DNA from: Amoebidium appalachense
Lineage: Eukaryota; Protista; Ichthyosporea
NCBI GenBank assembly: GCA_963693365.1
Contig: CAVNZM010000018.1
Coordinates: 2,270,728-2,334,727, forward strand
Reading direction: 5' to 3'
Length of the DNA stretch: 64,000 bases
The translations under genes and the position numbers were made by a program. Below are positions 18,808 through 44,623 of this stretch, in pieces. Within the stretch, counting starts at the first letter, position 1. Each line of letters begins with the position of its first letter. Below the pieces are notes generated by a model that was given only the letters and a program-made list of their open reading frames with translations, had not been told where the DNA came from and did not search any database.

Positions 18808-19419
18808 CCGACGGGTCGCTGATTCTTGCGGCAGAGGAGTCAGAGTACGAAGGCAACCAGACACCCATCCCCTGGCTGCCCTATGTGTGCGACACCATTG
18901 GCCCCTTTGTGGGCAAGTACGGTATGAGCTGGGCCGATGCCCTGGCCTATGCAGGCATGACGGCCGTGAGTGGGCAAGCACACAGGCCCCAGGGAGCAAG
19001 CGGCTTGTGTTTCCGTCGCTGAAAATGGGCCGGTGTGACAGCACGACCAAGGACGGCAACTTCCTTGCGACTGCGGGGTTAAACTACAAGCAGTACGTGC
19101 ACTTCTGGACGGTGCAGATGAACTTCACCATCGACGAGCGACGTGCTAATGGGCAGCCACACGCTGCTCAATGATGTCGGGAACGAGCATGCTGCAAACG
19201 GTACCCTGATGTACCAATGGACTAACAGGTTCTACAGAGACCTCAGGAAAGATTTACTCAGCCACAGAATCACATACATTTACATGGGTTTAGCAGGAAT
19301 CTGAATTTGACTGGAATATCTTCCACACGCAAACACGGGTGCACGTGCAAGTAGACACGCACACGCACACGCACAAGCACACGCACACGCACAAGCACGC
19401 GCACACGCACAAGCACACG

Positions 19420-19495
<76 letters not shown>

Positions 19496-20246
19496 CACGC
19501 GCACGCGCCCGCACGCACACGTATACACCCACACACAACCACCCACTAAACACACACAACACTCACACAAACACACACACACACACACAAGCTGGCAGTT
19601 TTTAATGACCATATCAACCAACTTACCCTGTAGGAAGGGCACCATCGACATTAACTCGACGCTGACGGCCGTTGGCAACAGCGGGGGTGTGCACAAAGCC
19701 ATCATGTGGAGCGAAGGCTGCTGGCGCTACACGCTCAACGACACTTACATTGCCCCCCCCAGAACGTCATTGCCGAGTGCATGGGCTGTGCCGAAAACAA
19801 AACAGACAACACCCCCAAGTGCCCCTATGCACGGCGCCACCTGCAGAACATCGACCGCTTTGCAAACAACATGGATGCCTTTAACGATGAGTTCAGCAAG
19901 GCTTGCGTTAAGTATGTGCCCCTTCATGTGTTGATTTGTGCGTGCTTGCTTGTGCAAGTGCTTGTATGGGTGCATAACGGTACACAATAATGCATCAGTG
20001 CGTTTTCAAGGTCATTTAATATTAGTCAACTACGATGGATTGTTGTTGATATGCTGCTAATCTATATTCTTCACCACCACAGGCTCACGGGGCACAATGT
20101 CAAGGCCTGGGCGAGCAAAGCGTTTGTTGCCGTGCCGCCGCCGCCAGTCAATGTGCGCCAAGGAGGCCGAGGCCGCAACCATGGCTCCTCCCCCACCCCC
20201 GCCTGCTACCACCACACAGCCAGCACCCTCGGACCAAGCAAGCTAG
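18808..20246 (+). pseudogene. Heme peroxidase of the non-animal peroxidase-catalase superfamily (APX/class II-like), 5'-truncated and frameshifted. Exons about 18808-19246, 19634-19911, 20083-20246
   Basis: Motifs ADGSL, SWADALAYAG..AV, MGRCDS, LMGSHTL (proximal His), NRFYRDL and FANNMDAFNDEFSKACVKL. Frame breaks at about 18967, 19140, 19755 and probably 20150. No exon with the distal RLxFHD motif is seen upstream. Confidence 0.75.
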
Positions 20247-20316
20247 ATATGCACTATTTGCACAAATTTGTTTCGTTTTTCGTTTTAACTCCAAACAGCA
20301 GGAAGGTCCCGCTAAG

Positions 20317-20591
<275 letters not shown>

Positions 20592-21221
20592 TTCTCAATA
20601 CAATCGAAGTTATGAAGGTCGTTTTGTAGTTTTGCGACAGCTGAGCAGCAATGTAGAGCGCAAATTTACTGTCACCGTGATTGACGTACGTGTGTACAAT
20701 AGAAACATAAGATTCCGAAAAAGCGTGACGCATTGAACGCAACCTTGGCATGCATAGGCGTACCGTGTTGGCGGCGTACCGTGATGACTATTCGGATTAC
20801 AAATTCAAATATCATATGTGTTTGGAAAATATTCGTGACAGAGCATACAGTACTGTATTTTTTTCAATGTACAGTAACCCAATAATTTGTAGGCATTCCC
20901 GTTCACCTTTCGATATCGATCTCATCTATTTTGAATGTTCTTTAATGCTTCAGCGCACTGTTATCTCTTGATGCGCTGACTATAGAGAGACAAAATTTAC
21001 ATCAAATTATGCCAGGAGGGTGTGTGCAATTTATAGGGCCCCGGGGGTTCCAGCCTGTAGGTTTATGACTTCAATAAAATCAATTAACATAAAAGGGGTT
21101 AACATAGGCAAGCATGCACACATATCCTACTTTTTTTGTTTTTTGATTTTATGGCCAGGCTCAGAAAGCGAGAAACACCGTAACACACCGTTGAACCCAC
21201 ATATACACATGTGTACCTACA

Positions 21222-21445
21222 TTTTTATTTTATCCCGTTTTGTTCCCGGAGGTGCCCCTAGGGGCCCTCAGGGGGAACTACCGTCTTCCACCCAGCACCG
21301 ACAGTACTCTAGCTAGGGTGCTACGATGCTATTAGCTAAACTAACACACCTATAACAATCCTAACTACTATATGTACACACTTTGCCCAAGGTATCAACC
21401 CCAGCCACGCCGGTGGGTAGCACCAGGCCTCCCCTCCACTCAGAA
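21222..21445 (-). mobile_element. 5'-truncated retroposon (LINE/SINE) 3' end, related to the element at 45536-46945
   Basis: T-rich tail followed by TATCCCGTTT...CCCGGAGG...GGGGAACTACCGTCTTCCAC, which matches 45571-45622. Weaker similarity continues to about 21420. Confidence 0.65.
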
Positions 21446-21947
21446 CCTACGAATAAACTTGGAAACTGGGCTCTCATTGGTTTATCTAAAGTGGTGGAAT
21501 GTGTGATGTGGTGTGGGTGGGTTTACGGGGGATACTGGACTAGTGGTGTATGGTGGGGTCTGGTGGTGGTGGGTGGCTGCCTAAAAGTATACTGATTTAC
21601 ATATTGGGTGGCTACGGTGTAATGATCTAAGAGTCTAGGGTTGCATGGTTGGTTTGTTCTATGTGTGTGTCTGCAGGTTGGGCATGCTGCCTGTGTGTGT
21701 GTGGGTTGTGTGGGTGTGGGTGCCTTGGGTTTCGGTGGGGCTCTACGTCTCTGTTTACGTGTGGTGTTTGAGTGTTTGTGTTTGTGCATTTTGGGGTGTG
21801 TGGGTGCACATGTGTTCCTACATGCACACAAACAAACGCATACACACACACATACACACAGCGAGCGCGCGCTGTGCGTGTGCGGGTGTGTGTGTGTGTG
21901 TCCGTGTGTGTGTGCGTGTGTGTATGGCGTGTGTATGTGTGTGTGTT

Positions 21948-21985
<38 letters not shown>

Positions 21986-22535
21986 CTGTGTGTGTGCGTG
22001 TGTGTGTGCGCGTACGTGTGTGTGTGTGCGCGTACGTGTGTGTCTGTGTGTGTGTACATGTGTGCGTGTGTGTGTACGTGTACGTGTGTGGTGTGTGTGC
22101 GCGTGTGTTTGTATCTGGATATAAAGCAAGGACGGTTTGCTCGTAAAACCCATAGATTTTAGTCTGCAGCCCATGCAAGCCTTTACACATTGAGAATAGA
22201 ACGGGGCGACCCTTATGATTCCGGCAGGAGGTTCTATCAGCCGCTGCATACCGAGATCTGGGTTTGTCGATCAAGCCATGCACACATGCATGATGCACTT
22301 ATACGTCAGTTATCGCTAACTATATATCCTAATATTAGTCAAATTGTTTGACTGTGTGTCGCAAACAGGCAGCATGCACATTCCCAAGCAGCACCATCCA
22401 ATCTAGAGGGATGCCACATTATGACTTTGGCTCACATATTAAATTTTGTAGGGATGCATTTGACCATCGATATATCCGGAGACGTACGTTTATGAGAAGC
22501 CCTGCATCGTCACTATCACAACCTCCCCCCCCCCA

Positions 22536-22716
<181 letters not shown>

Positions 22717-23013
22717 ACCAAAAAAGGAACCACCAAAAATGCATGCACACACACACACGAACACGAAACACCAACTTCGTGACACTAGATCTAGACAATG
22801 TCATGTGCAAACAGGCTCAGCCTGTACACACACACACGAGGCACCACACATACACACACGCACACACGCCGAATTGAATAATTTACATATGAGCTCATTG
22901 CTTATATCATCATCACGTATGTAAGAGGATTACCCGGATCCGCTTTTTCGTCTGCCTTTGTCCCGCAGAGGCGCACTTCTCCACTGACACGCCCCCAGGC
23001 CGGCCCCCGGGGG

Positions 23014-23038
23014 TTTTGGCGGGAAATTCGAGCCAATC
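23014..23038 (+). promoter_or_regulatory. E2F consensus site TTTTGGCGGGAAA adjacent to CCAAT box AGCCAATC, upstream of the helicase gene
   Basis: Exact motif matches about 320 bp upstream of ATG 23346 in a CpG-containing segment. Confidence 0.55.
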
Positions 23039-23345
23039 GCAGAGCTCAACAAATCCCCCTATACCAATGTTTACGCAAACACTGCTCACTGCTCTCCAAC
23101 TCCAAGTCGAAGCCAGTTCGTTTCCCACATCGAAAAAACACGGCGGCAATTCGGAGGTGACATTAAACATCAGTATACAATCTTGAAACAAGCGCTAGCT
23201 TTGCAAGGTCTGTAATACTCCTCCTACTTGGCAATATTTACAAAAACTCCTTGCTGTTACACCATTTCCCATCCGCCCACAGATTCTGAACACCTTTGTT
23301 CTCCAGAACGCCATTTTTCTGCCGAGGGCACTACCCGGAGACACC

Positions 23346-34733
<11,388 letters not shown>

Positions 34734-34994
34734 AGCGTGCATTGTGATTGGCTGTGCATTACAGCTGGGAATGCGATTGGTGATTTTTTTTTAACATTCT
34801 TTCTCATTGCAACATCGTGTGTAGGCTTGTGTGCTTCGTTCAATTTTTGTATGCTTTCTTCGTTAACTTTTTTTGTCCTTTTTTGTTGTTGTGTTGCTTT
34901 GGCGTGTGGGTGCGTGGCTGTGTGAGTCGGTTGGTAGGTTTAGCCGCCGTTGGGGCGGCGACGTGGTGTTTTTTCTAGGTTTTTTATTTTTATG

Positions 34995-35030
<36 letters not shown>

Positions 35031-35053
35031 TTTTATCTTGTTTTTTTTTTTTT

Positions 35054-35084
<31 letters not shown>

Positions 35085-36500
35085 GAGGGGGGGGGGGTTA
35101 TAGAGGGCCAAACTTGGTTCTTTTGCCATGATCGATATTTGGAGAAGAGTAACACGTATCAATGACCTGAACGTGAGGTTTTGGTCAAGGGGTTTCCATG
35201 TCTTAAAAGTTTCACAAGGCGCTGTACAACTATGGATATGTTTTTTATTATTATTCTGGTTTATTTTATTTCATTTCATTTTATTTTATTTTATTTTATA
35301 CGATTTTATGTTATTTTTATTTATTTTTTGGCTTATGATACGTCACTTGACTGCAGCAATGCATATGAAGTTGTTTTTTTTTAAAAAAAAAGTGTGAAGG
35401 TTTAGCATGCGCGTAATTTATAATGCACGCAAGCGATTTTTTCCTAAGAAAAAAAAAAAAAAAACGAAATGACTGCATTTTTCTTCGTTGTGTGAACGAA
35501 TCAGGTGATTGCACCCTGGAATTAAGGCCATATCTTTCAATAAATCGAGTTTCTTCCCATTAAAATCAGCAAGTGGACACATACACGAGGAGTAGTTTGC
35601 CCAATGGAGTTCCGAGGTGAACGTGTAAACCAATCACAGGCCATTTTTTCTCTAGACTTTTTATTTTTTTATTTTTTTATTTTTTTATTCCCCCCCCCCC
35701 CCCCCCCCCCCCCTTTTTTTTTCCGCCACCCCTTGGATTCCGCGTGTCTTTTGAATGAACTAAATGACTGTGTTGTACATGTATCGCTCAGAAAAAACAC
35801 TCGTAATTAGATTAAACCTCCTAATCCACACGTGTGCCATGGCATACAGCAGTATCCAAGCAAATCACTCCCCCCCCCCCCTCCCCCCCCCCCCCCCCCC
35901 CTTTTCTTCCCCCCCCTCCTCCTCTTCCCTACCCTCGCCCCCCACGTACACACCGCATAAATCCTGGTGCCCGACCCAACCCTCCCGTACAGCAAGTCTA
36001 GATTTGTCGATTCCGCCTAGTCATTTGCAACGGCAACTCAACTCCCCTACTTCCCCCCCTACCCCCCCCCCCCCCCCCCCCCCCCCCCAATTGCAACAAC
36101 ATGCAACAACAACAAAAAAAAAGAAAAGAAAAAAAAAAAAGGGGGGGGGGGGGGGGGGGGGGGATTTCATATAACTGTATTGTAGGTTGTTGTTCGTGCC
36201 ACGCGTGTGGGCGCAACTCATCAGTACTAAGAGAGGGGGGTGGTGACGTGGGGTGGCCAGATGAGAGGTGTGGGCCTGGGTGGGGAGGGGAGACACAGAT
36301 CATAGGGAGAGAGAAGTTAAGAGGGACAGAGGGACGCGGTACGGGAGGAAAGAGAGTGTGTGTGTACAGTACGTGTGCATGCGGGCCAAGGGAGGAGAGA
36401 AAGGGGGGAGCTGAACAAGGGGGGGAACGCTTTTTCTAGATCTGGAAGGGGGGGATCTTGCACGCTTTTTCTTCTTTTTTTCTTGCCAAATAGGGCCAAT

Positions 36501-36639
36501 TAGTGATAACTCCGAAACCGGTCAGGAAATTCGCGGATAAACTAAAACCCGATGATCTGTTTGGGACCGAGAATCCTATTTAAAACTTTGAGCGATTGAT
36601 TGGGACCGAGAATCCCTCTTTAAATTTGGGTTATCACTA
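36501..36639. mobile_element. 139-bp MITE-like element, copy 2, with perfect 10-bp TIRs TAGTGATAAC/GTTATCACTA
   Basis: TIRs, internal direct repeat TTGGGACCGAGAATCC twice, and homology to 14446-14584 in the opposite orientation. Confidence 0.72.
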
Positions 36640-36691
36640 CTTGGTCAGATCACGGTGGTGCTTGTGCCCATGGTGGTGGTGTTGTGTGTGT

Positions 36692-36722
<31 letters not shown>

Positions 36723-36804
36723 GGGGGGGGGAGGGGGGGGGGGGGGGGGGGGGGGGTGGCGGGGGGAGGGGGGGAGGGGGGAATGGGGGGGGGGGGGGGG
36801 GGGG

Positions 36805-36952
36805 GTTTGAATGCGGAACACGGTACGAAGTACGCATACACGATGAGAAGCATGGTGCAGGACACATGCAAAGGCAAACATTCAAGTATGCAACATCAGC
36901 CATGCGCACAGTATGCGTCATAAGCAGAGCCCATCCTCAGGGAGGGCCCAAG
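36805..36952 (-). mobile_element. Dispersed repeat family X, 3'-half fragment (copy C)
   Basis: Reverse complement is near-identical to 56041-56172 apart from a short insertion. Confidence 0.8.
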
Positions 36953-37236
36953 AGGGGGGGGGGGGGGGGGGGGGGGGGGGAGGAAAAGGTGGCCACAGCA
37001 ATATACCTACACGTCTTTGTATAGATACACGGGCAAAGTTGTGTATTTTCTGGTCCAACCAGTAAACCAAAGTCGCACACAAAAGCATAAAACAAGATTT
37101 CCCTAAGTATATGGTTCAACAACTACAGATAGCCTAAGGGTTTTATTGGACTAAAATTGTGAACTGTTTTTCTAAAATATGGTTTCGATTAAAGAGAAAG
37201 TATATGAAGGGTTATACTTCACGAAGAAGCAGATCG

Positions 37237-37272
<36 letters not shown>

Positions 37273-37699
37273 ATGCGTGTGTGTATGTGTGTGTATTTGT
37301 CGTGTTTCTTTTTGTGACACCAAAGTGAAGATTTTATGCACATCACAGATGAATCTCTACTTACTAAACCAAGCCCCGTTCCAGCCTTATTCATTAAATC
37401 CCAAACCATCTAAAAAGGGGGGAAGAAAGAAAAGGAAAGAAAAGAAAGAAGAAGAAAAGAAAGGAGCCGAAAAGAACTAAGAAGAAAAAGAAAAAAAAAA
37501 AGAGAAGAAAGACGAAGAAGAAGAAACGAAGCAAACGAGAACATATAGACTTGTCATTACATACCCACCCAAACTCTATCAATGTCCATCAAAATACAAA
37601 AATTCTTCACCATATCAACCCAAAAAACCAGTCTTTACACATATGTTTGCATACGAACATATCAGCTCTTCATGAATACTATCACTTTCTCGTCAATTT

Positions 37700-37754
<55 letters not shown>

Positions 37755-37807
37755 ACACACACAAACCCACCCACTCCCGAAACCACCACCACCCTCAGAA
37801 CCCTCCC

Positions 37808-39273
37808 CTAGAACACAATATACATCCACAAGAACCCCCACGTAATCGTGCCCACAAACGCCATAACCGAGAATGTGCCCCCAAATTTCATGAAATCCGC
37901 CGGGGTTAGATATTTCTGCTCCTGTTCGTCCTCCATCATAAGAGAGTTTATGTTCGGGAAAGAAGACATTGGGAGGGCTCCCGCACCGGAATACATCAGG
38001 GTTGCTCCCACAATTACCGGTTGAACATTTGTAAGCCCGAGGGGGGCGCCAATAGCAACGAGAAGGGGGGTCAGAATAATCGCACCAACCGTATGCGAGA
38101 TAAATGTGCACACGACCAATGAAATCGCGCACGCGGTAACCATAAGTAGCCACATGGACATGTTGGCGTCGCGGAGGTAATCGGAAACTGGATCGGCGAT
38201 TATATCCAAAAGAGATGAAGATTTGATCGCGCCGCCCAAGACGTTACCGCCCGCGATCAGGAAAACGAGATCCCACGCGAACCGTTCGCGGAAATCGTGC
38301 TTGGTCAAAACACCGATCGAGAGGAAAATTACGAGGGGGAACAACGCGATAAACCCCATATTTCCGAAAATCTGCTCCGTGAACGACTGCGTGCACCAAA
38401 GTACGATGGTGGAAAACGAAACGGCCAAAACCAAATAATGGAAAATATTGAACCTTTTCGACTCGAAAAGAACGTCGGGTAAAACCTTAATATCATTTGG
38501 TTTGATAGCGACCAATAGGAAAAGCCACCCGCACAAAATGAGGAAACATCCCGTGGGAACCGCGACGCACATCCACTTAACGAACGTGATTTCAGCCTCC
38601 GGTTGCCCTTCCTTCTTCACGTAATTGTTAAAGACGCCCAGCGCGACCGCGTTTTGCGGCGACGCGATAGGGGTCAACATTCCTCCGATATTTCCCGATA
38701 TGGCAAGTCCTAGAAGCAGCGCCTTGGTGAACCGGCTGCTCCGCGGAAGGTCCGATATGATTGGTTGGATGATGGAAGAGCATAGAAGCGGGGCTGCGAC
38801 GTTACTGATCCACATAGATAAGAACGCGCACAGGCTCATGATCGCCAACATAAATACGCGTGGGTAATTTTGCAATCTCCCGACCAACGCCGACGCGAGG
38901 ATCAGCTCAAACCCATATTTGGAAAAAGCTGTCGAGATAGAAAAACCGCCGATGATCAGAGCCGTTGTATGGTTAAACATTTTCGCCAAAACCGCGTCAA
39001 CGGCTTTGTCCGCCGGGAGGGGAACACCCGATTCGTCCGTCATTACCTTTAACAGAACCGAGAGAACGGGAATCATTAAAGACGCCACGAAAAATGGTAC
39101 CGCTTCTGTCACCCACATGATCGTTATGAATGCGAGCATAGCGAAACACCTTTGGGGTATTGCGTGTTCGGGGGAGAAGACGGGTGCGGCTAGAAGAACT
39201 GTGAAAACGACGGCGGCGAGAAGCGTTGGTTTCCATTTCCAGGCTAGGTGCACCTCAAAGAGACCCTGTGTGT

Positions 39274-39304
<31 letters not shown>

Positions 39305-39404
39305 GGGGGGGGGAGAAGGGGGGGGAGGGTGGGGGGAGGGGGGGGGGGGGGGGGGAAAGAAGGGATGTGTGTGTGTATGTGTGTGTGGGGGGGGGGGGGG
39401 GGGG

Positions 39405-39447
<43 letters not shown>

Positions 39448-39530
39448 GGTGTGTGTGAGGGGGACGGGAGGGGGGAGGAGTGGGGTGTTTGTGTGTTTGG
39501 CGGGAGGGAGGTTTACGTGTGTTCGTGTGT

Positions 39531-39566
<36 letters not shown>

Positions 39567-40562
39567 TGGTGGTGGTGGTGGAAGGGCATACGTAAGCGAT
39601 TTACGTTTGTGTGTGAACGTGTGAATGCATTCACGCGGGCGTGCACACGCATGTGGATGTTTAGTCAACATGGGCGTATCTTCATTTGTGTATTTGCCCA
39701 CGCAGGAGTGTGTACCAGGCTTTAAGTTAACAACATAACAACTCGGACCCCTCTCTCCCTCCCCCTCTCTCCCAGTCTCTTTCTCTCTCTGTGCTTGTAA
39801 GTGTCTCCCTTTCTCTCTCCTCCCCCTCCCCCCCCCCCCCACACACACACACACACGTCTCCCTTTCTCTCTGCCCCCTCCCCCAACTCCCCCCCCCCCC
39901 CCCCCTTCCCCCTCCCCCTGCCCCCCCCCTCCCCCCCCAGCACACGAACACACATACCCAACGCATCAACACAATCCCACAAACAACAACTTTAAAACCA
40001 TCCATTCGTTCCCATCTACACAACCCCAACATAGGCCCATCTTCATCCATTCATCATTATGAATCATTTCAAATCCATTTCAAATCATTTTTTATCATTT
40101 CAACAAAAATTTAAAAACTTTAAAATCACGTACCCGTGCCGCCTTCTGTTCCGCCAATATTTCCTTTGCCGTGCGTGTAGGATCCCCCGTAACCTGCATA
40201 TATAGCAGGTTGATGGCCTTAAGCAACCACGCCATCTCCGCATCCCCCTTAACCGCAAATTTCGTCTCTTTGTCCATCTTTTCGATAAACGCCGGAAGAG
40301 TCTTCTCCCCGGACGTTTTGTCGTATTTCTTTACGATTTTCCGGAATCCCGTACGGTTCAGCTTGCTATACTGCTGCAAATTTTGGACTTTTTCGTACAA
40401 TTTCAGGAGTCGTGCCTCGGGGGATTCTTCCTTAAATCGTCGCCGGCGTCTTAACCCTGGGACGGGTGAGCCTTCGGCAGAGGGAACGACCCCCTCTCTG
40501 ACTTCGTTGCGAGTTGCGACAAAATCTTTGCGGCACTCTGCAAGTTTGGCCTGTGGGTGTGT

Positions 40563-40623
<61 letters not shown>

Positions 40624-40830
40624 GTGGGATGGGGGGGGACGGGAGAAGGGGAGGGGGGAGCACGGGGAAGGGCTGGGGTGGGGTTTGTGTGTCTGTGAGT
40701 GCGTGCGGGCAGGGCGCGGGGGGGAAGGGGGGGGGGGGGGAGGGGAGGAGGGGAGGGGAGGGGGAGGGGGAAGGGGAAGACGGGAGGGATACGCGGGCGT
40801 GTGTGTGTGCTTGTGTGTGTGTGTATGCGC

Positions 40831-40879
<49 letters not shown>

Positions 40880-40931
40880 TGAGCGTGTGTACATGTGTAT
40901 TTGTTCGTGTCTCGTTGAAATTCGGGGAGGA

Positions 40932-40966
<35 letters not shown>

Positions 40967-41180
40967 CGCATGTGCGTGCGCGTGTGTGTGATGTTGTTGA
41001 AAGGCAGGTAGGAGGATGGGGTGGTGGTGGGGAGAGGAGAAAGGGGGACATACACAATAGAGTGCCATGATTGCCACGGAGTCAAAGACAACAAAGATAA
41101 CAAAACAAAATGCATAAATAGAGCAGAACCCAGACGTCTGTGTGTGTGTGTGCGCACACATCAGGGGGGTGTGTGTGTGT

Positions 41181-41213
<33 letters not shown>

Positions 41214-41284
41214 GTTGTTGCCTGAATGGGTGTGGATGTGTGTGTGGTGTGTGTGGTATCGGCAGCTTGGCAGTAGGGAGAAGG

Positions 41285-41315
<31 letters not shown>

Positions 41316-42474
41316 AAAGGAAGGAGAGAAGGGAGCCTTGGAGGGCAGGGTTGGCGTGCCGTATACAGTAGGGGATTGGAAACATGGAGGAGACAAGAAG
41401 GACAAACTACGGGGAAGAAAGAGGGGGGGGAGGGGGGGAGGGGGGGGGGGGGGGGGGGGTAGAAGTCGCAACGAAACCGTAATTTCAAGCAAACCAAGGA
41501 AAAAGATCTGGGGGGCTCGTAAGGAGAAGAGAGGGAGGAGTTGAGCTGGGGGGAGAGATGGAGGGAGCGAGGGAGGGACAGATGTGATTGGGGGGGGACG
41601 GGAAGGACGGAGGGAAGGAGGGCGAGGGGGAGAGGGATGGGATGGGAGGGAAGGAGGGAAGGAGACAAGGAGGAGGGGGAAGAGAGGGACGGTATGGGAG
41701 AGAGAGGAGGGATGGACGGAGGGGAAGGGATGGAGGGAGAGAAAGTGACCAGAGCGTACACTCAACTAAATAGTCACATACTGATGCTCAGTAAGGAGCA
41801 CAATTCGTAAAATCCCACCACTCCAAACAACAAAACATCGCACTAACCGAGAAACAACCGACAATGCCTCCTGCAAAGACATTGCCACAAAAACACACAA
41901 CACAAACCAACACCACCACAAACACACACACAAGACACCTACAAAATATAAATTAACACACAAAATTAAAAATTAGATTATAACATTAAAACCCAACCCA
42001 CCATGAAGAAAGTATCCACGGCTTCCAGCTCCTTCCCCAGAGCCTCCTCGAAAGTCTCCCCAGACCCCCCATGGTCCATGGTGACCGTCAGCAGGGGGGT
42101 TCTTTCAGACCCCCCCAAATTTCCACTTGAAGGCCCCAAATGCCCACTGCCGCCCTCCCCGAGCACCGCCTGGGATATCAAGAATTAGCAATGGTTTATA
42201 GCCCCCCCTCCCCCCCCCCCCCCCCAGCCGCCCTGCCCTCCTACGCCCCTAACAACACATAACCACACACACACACACACACACACACACGTGATATTCT
42301 ATCATAATAGAATGTTTCCCCCCACCCCCCTTCCCCCCTCCCCCCTCCCCCTCTCTCCTCCATCCCCTCCCTCTCTCGTTCTCTCTCTCCTGCCACCTCC
42401 CCCCCCCGTCCCCCCCTCCCTCCTTTCCTCACGTTCTCCCTCCTTCCCTTTCCCTTCCTCTCACCTCGTCCATC

Positions 42475-42509
<35 letters not shown>

Positions 42510-42773
42510 AAAAAAAAAACCCTGCTGCTTTTATTGCATGACCTGTTGTGTATTCTCCGCAATTCTGCACTGGGGTATCCATCAAGAACCCGTATACATA
42601 ACCTGTAACACTTTCTACCCCCCCTCCCCCCCCCCCCCCTCTCGCCCATCCCCCCTCCCCTTCGCACCCTCCCTCGCACACTCTCCCCCCCTGCCACTAC
42701 CCACACACCCGCCCACCCACAATTACTCCTTCCATTCTTCTCCCTTCCACTCCCTCCCCCTCCTCCCCCTTCC

Positions 42774-42828
<55 letters not shown>

Positions 42829-43013
42829 ACCCCCCTCTCCTCCCCCCGACACCCCCTACACACCCTTTTTAGTACCTGATTAGCCAATGACGTTGCGCTT
42901 TTAATTCTTCTCATCTCCTGTTTCTTCATCAACTTTTTGAGGCGCCTGTAGCCAACATAGAACTCCCGCCACTCGGGCACGGCCTCTTGGTCTAACTCCT
43001 TTCCGAACTTCAT
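37808..43013 (-). CDS. SPX-domain low-affinity phosphate transporter (Pho87/Pho90/Pho91-like; SPX plus SLC13/DASS membrane domain). Exons 43013-42876, 42169-42002, 40550-40134, 39265-37808
   Basis: MKFGKEL...VPEWREFYVGYRRLKK, FEEALGKELEAVDTFF and LNRTGFRKIVKKYDK (SPX); MWISNVAAP, GNIGGMLTPIASPQN and ALPMSSFPN (DASS); GT-AG phase-0 junctions. Confidence 0.93.
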
Positions 43014-43106
43014 CTTGCCTGTGCGTGTGTGTGGGGAGGGGGGGGGGGGGGGGGGGGGGAGGGTTGTGAGTGTGAGTGTGTGAGTGAGTGAGTGAGTGAG
43101 TGAGTG

Positions 43107-43173
<67 letters not shown>

Positions 43174-43304
43174 CGTGAAGGGGCGAAGGAGAGAGAGAGG
43201 GGGGAGGGGGGGGAGAAAGGTGGTGGTGGTGGTGGTGTGGGGGGGGGGGGGGGGGGATGTGGTGGTGGTGGTTGTGGCAGGGAGGGAGTCGAAGAGTGTA
43301 TATC

Positions 43305-43379
<75 letters not shown>

Positions 43380-43630
43380 CGGGGAGGAGGGGGGGGAGGG
43401 GGGGGGGGTGAGTGGGATAGGGAGAGGGCACGGGGGGAGGGAGGGGGGGGGGGGGGGGGAAGGAAGGAACGGAAGAAAGAAGCGAGGGAGAGGAAGAGGT
43501 GAGAGGGGGGGCAAGGGGGGAATGGAAAGAGGGAAGGGGAGGGAGGGAGGGGTTGGGGTGAGAAGGATTTCTGGAAGAGAGGAAGAGAGGGAGGCGAGAG
43601 GGAGAGGAAAGAGGGGGGAGGGGAGGAAGG

Positions 43631-43661
<31 letters not shown>

Positions 43662-43989
43662 GGAGATAGAGAGAAAGATAGAGGGAGGGAGAGAGGAAGA
43701 CATGGAGGGCGAGAGAGAGAGAGAGAGGGAGGGGGGAGAGGGGGAGGGAGAGGGGGGGGGGGGGGGGGGAGAGAAAGAGTGGGGGGTAAGGGGGGGGAAA
43801 CTTTACATAAAGAGAACAAGCAGATGAGTGCGAGTGAGACAATCGGGTGAGAGGCTCAGGGTAGTAGCAGAGGGAGGGTAGAGGGAGAAGGAGAGAGGAA
43901 AATCAGAAAGAAGGGCTGGAAAGGGTGGAATGGGGGCAAGGAGGAGAATGGTTGGAGGGTGGAGGGGAGAGGTGTGCGAGGAAGGTGCG

Positions 43990-44051
<62 letters not shown>

Positions 44052-44623
44052 CTCTGAGGTTTCAAGCGAAAAGGAGCCACATAACATGGTGGGGAGAGGA
44101 GTGCAAGTGTGGGCACAGGACTGTACATAAAATCGACGAATTGGAAAGGTTAACATGACTAATGTGTCCAGGAGACGACATGGTGCATGCCCGTAAAAGC
44201 CTTCCCCCTGCCTCGATCCTGCTTGCTTCACCTCTATATGACCTCCAGCCCTTCCCCCCTTTCTCCCCGCCCCCCACCACATATACGTTCGTTTCTCTTT
44301 CTACCGGGAATCTTGCTATGGGAAGGAAGCATGTTGGAGAGTTGAGGAGCGTAAGAACATGCAGGCGCAGGCATGAGTGTAAGTAATTGTGTTTCTGTGT
44401 ATTCACGCTCACGTCTATGCGCTTACGCGCTTGAGTCGTGCCCATAGGTGCGTATCAGCCTGCCCGCGTGTCTGTGAGTGTTGCTGTGCCTGTACTAGTA
44501 ATTTTCTGGGTGTTTGTGTGCGTGTGTTCCATCGCCTGTGCATGTGAACATCTAATCAGAGTGCTCCGAGATTCTAACACCAGAAACAAGATGTTTTCTG
44601 CATGCTACAACAGAAGCACTCAC

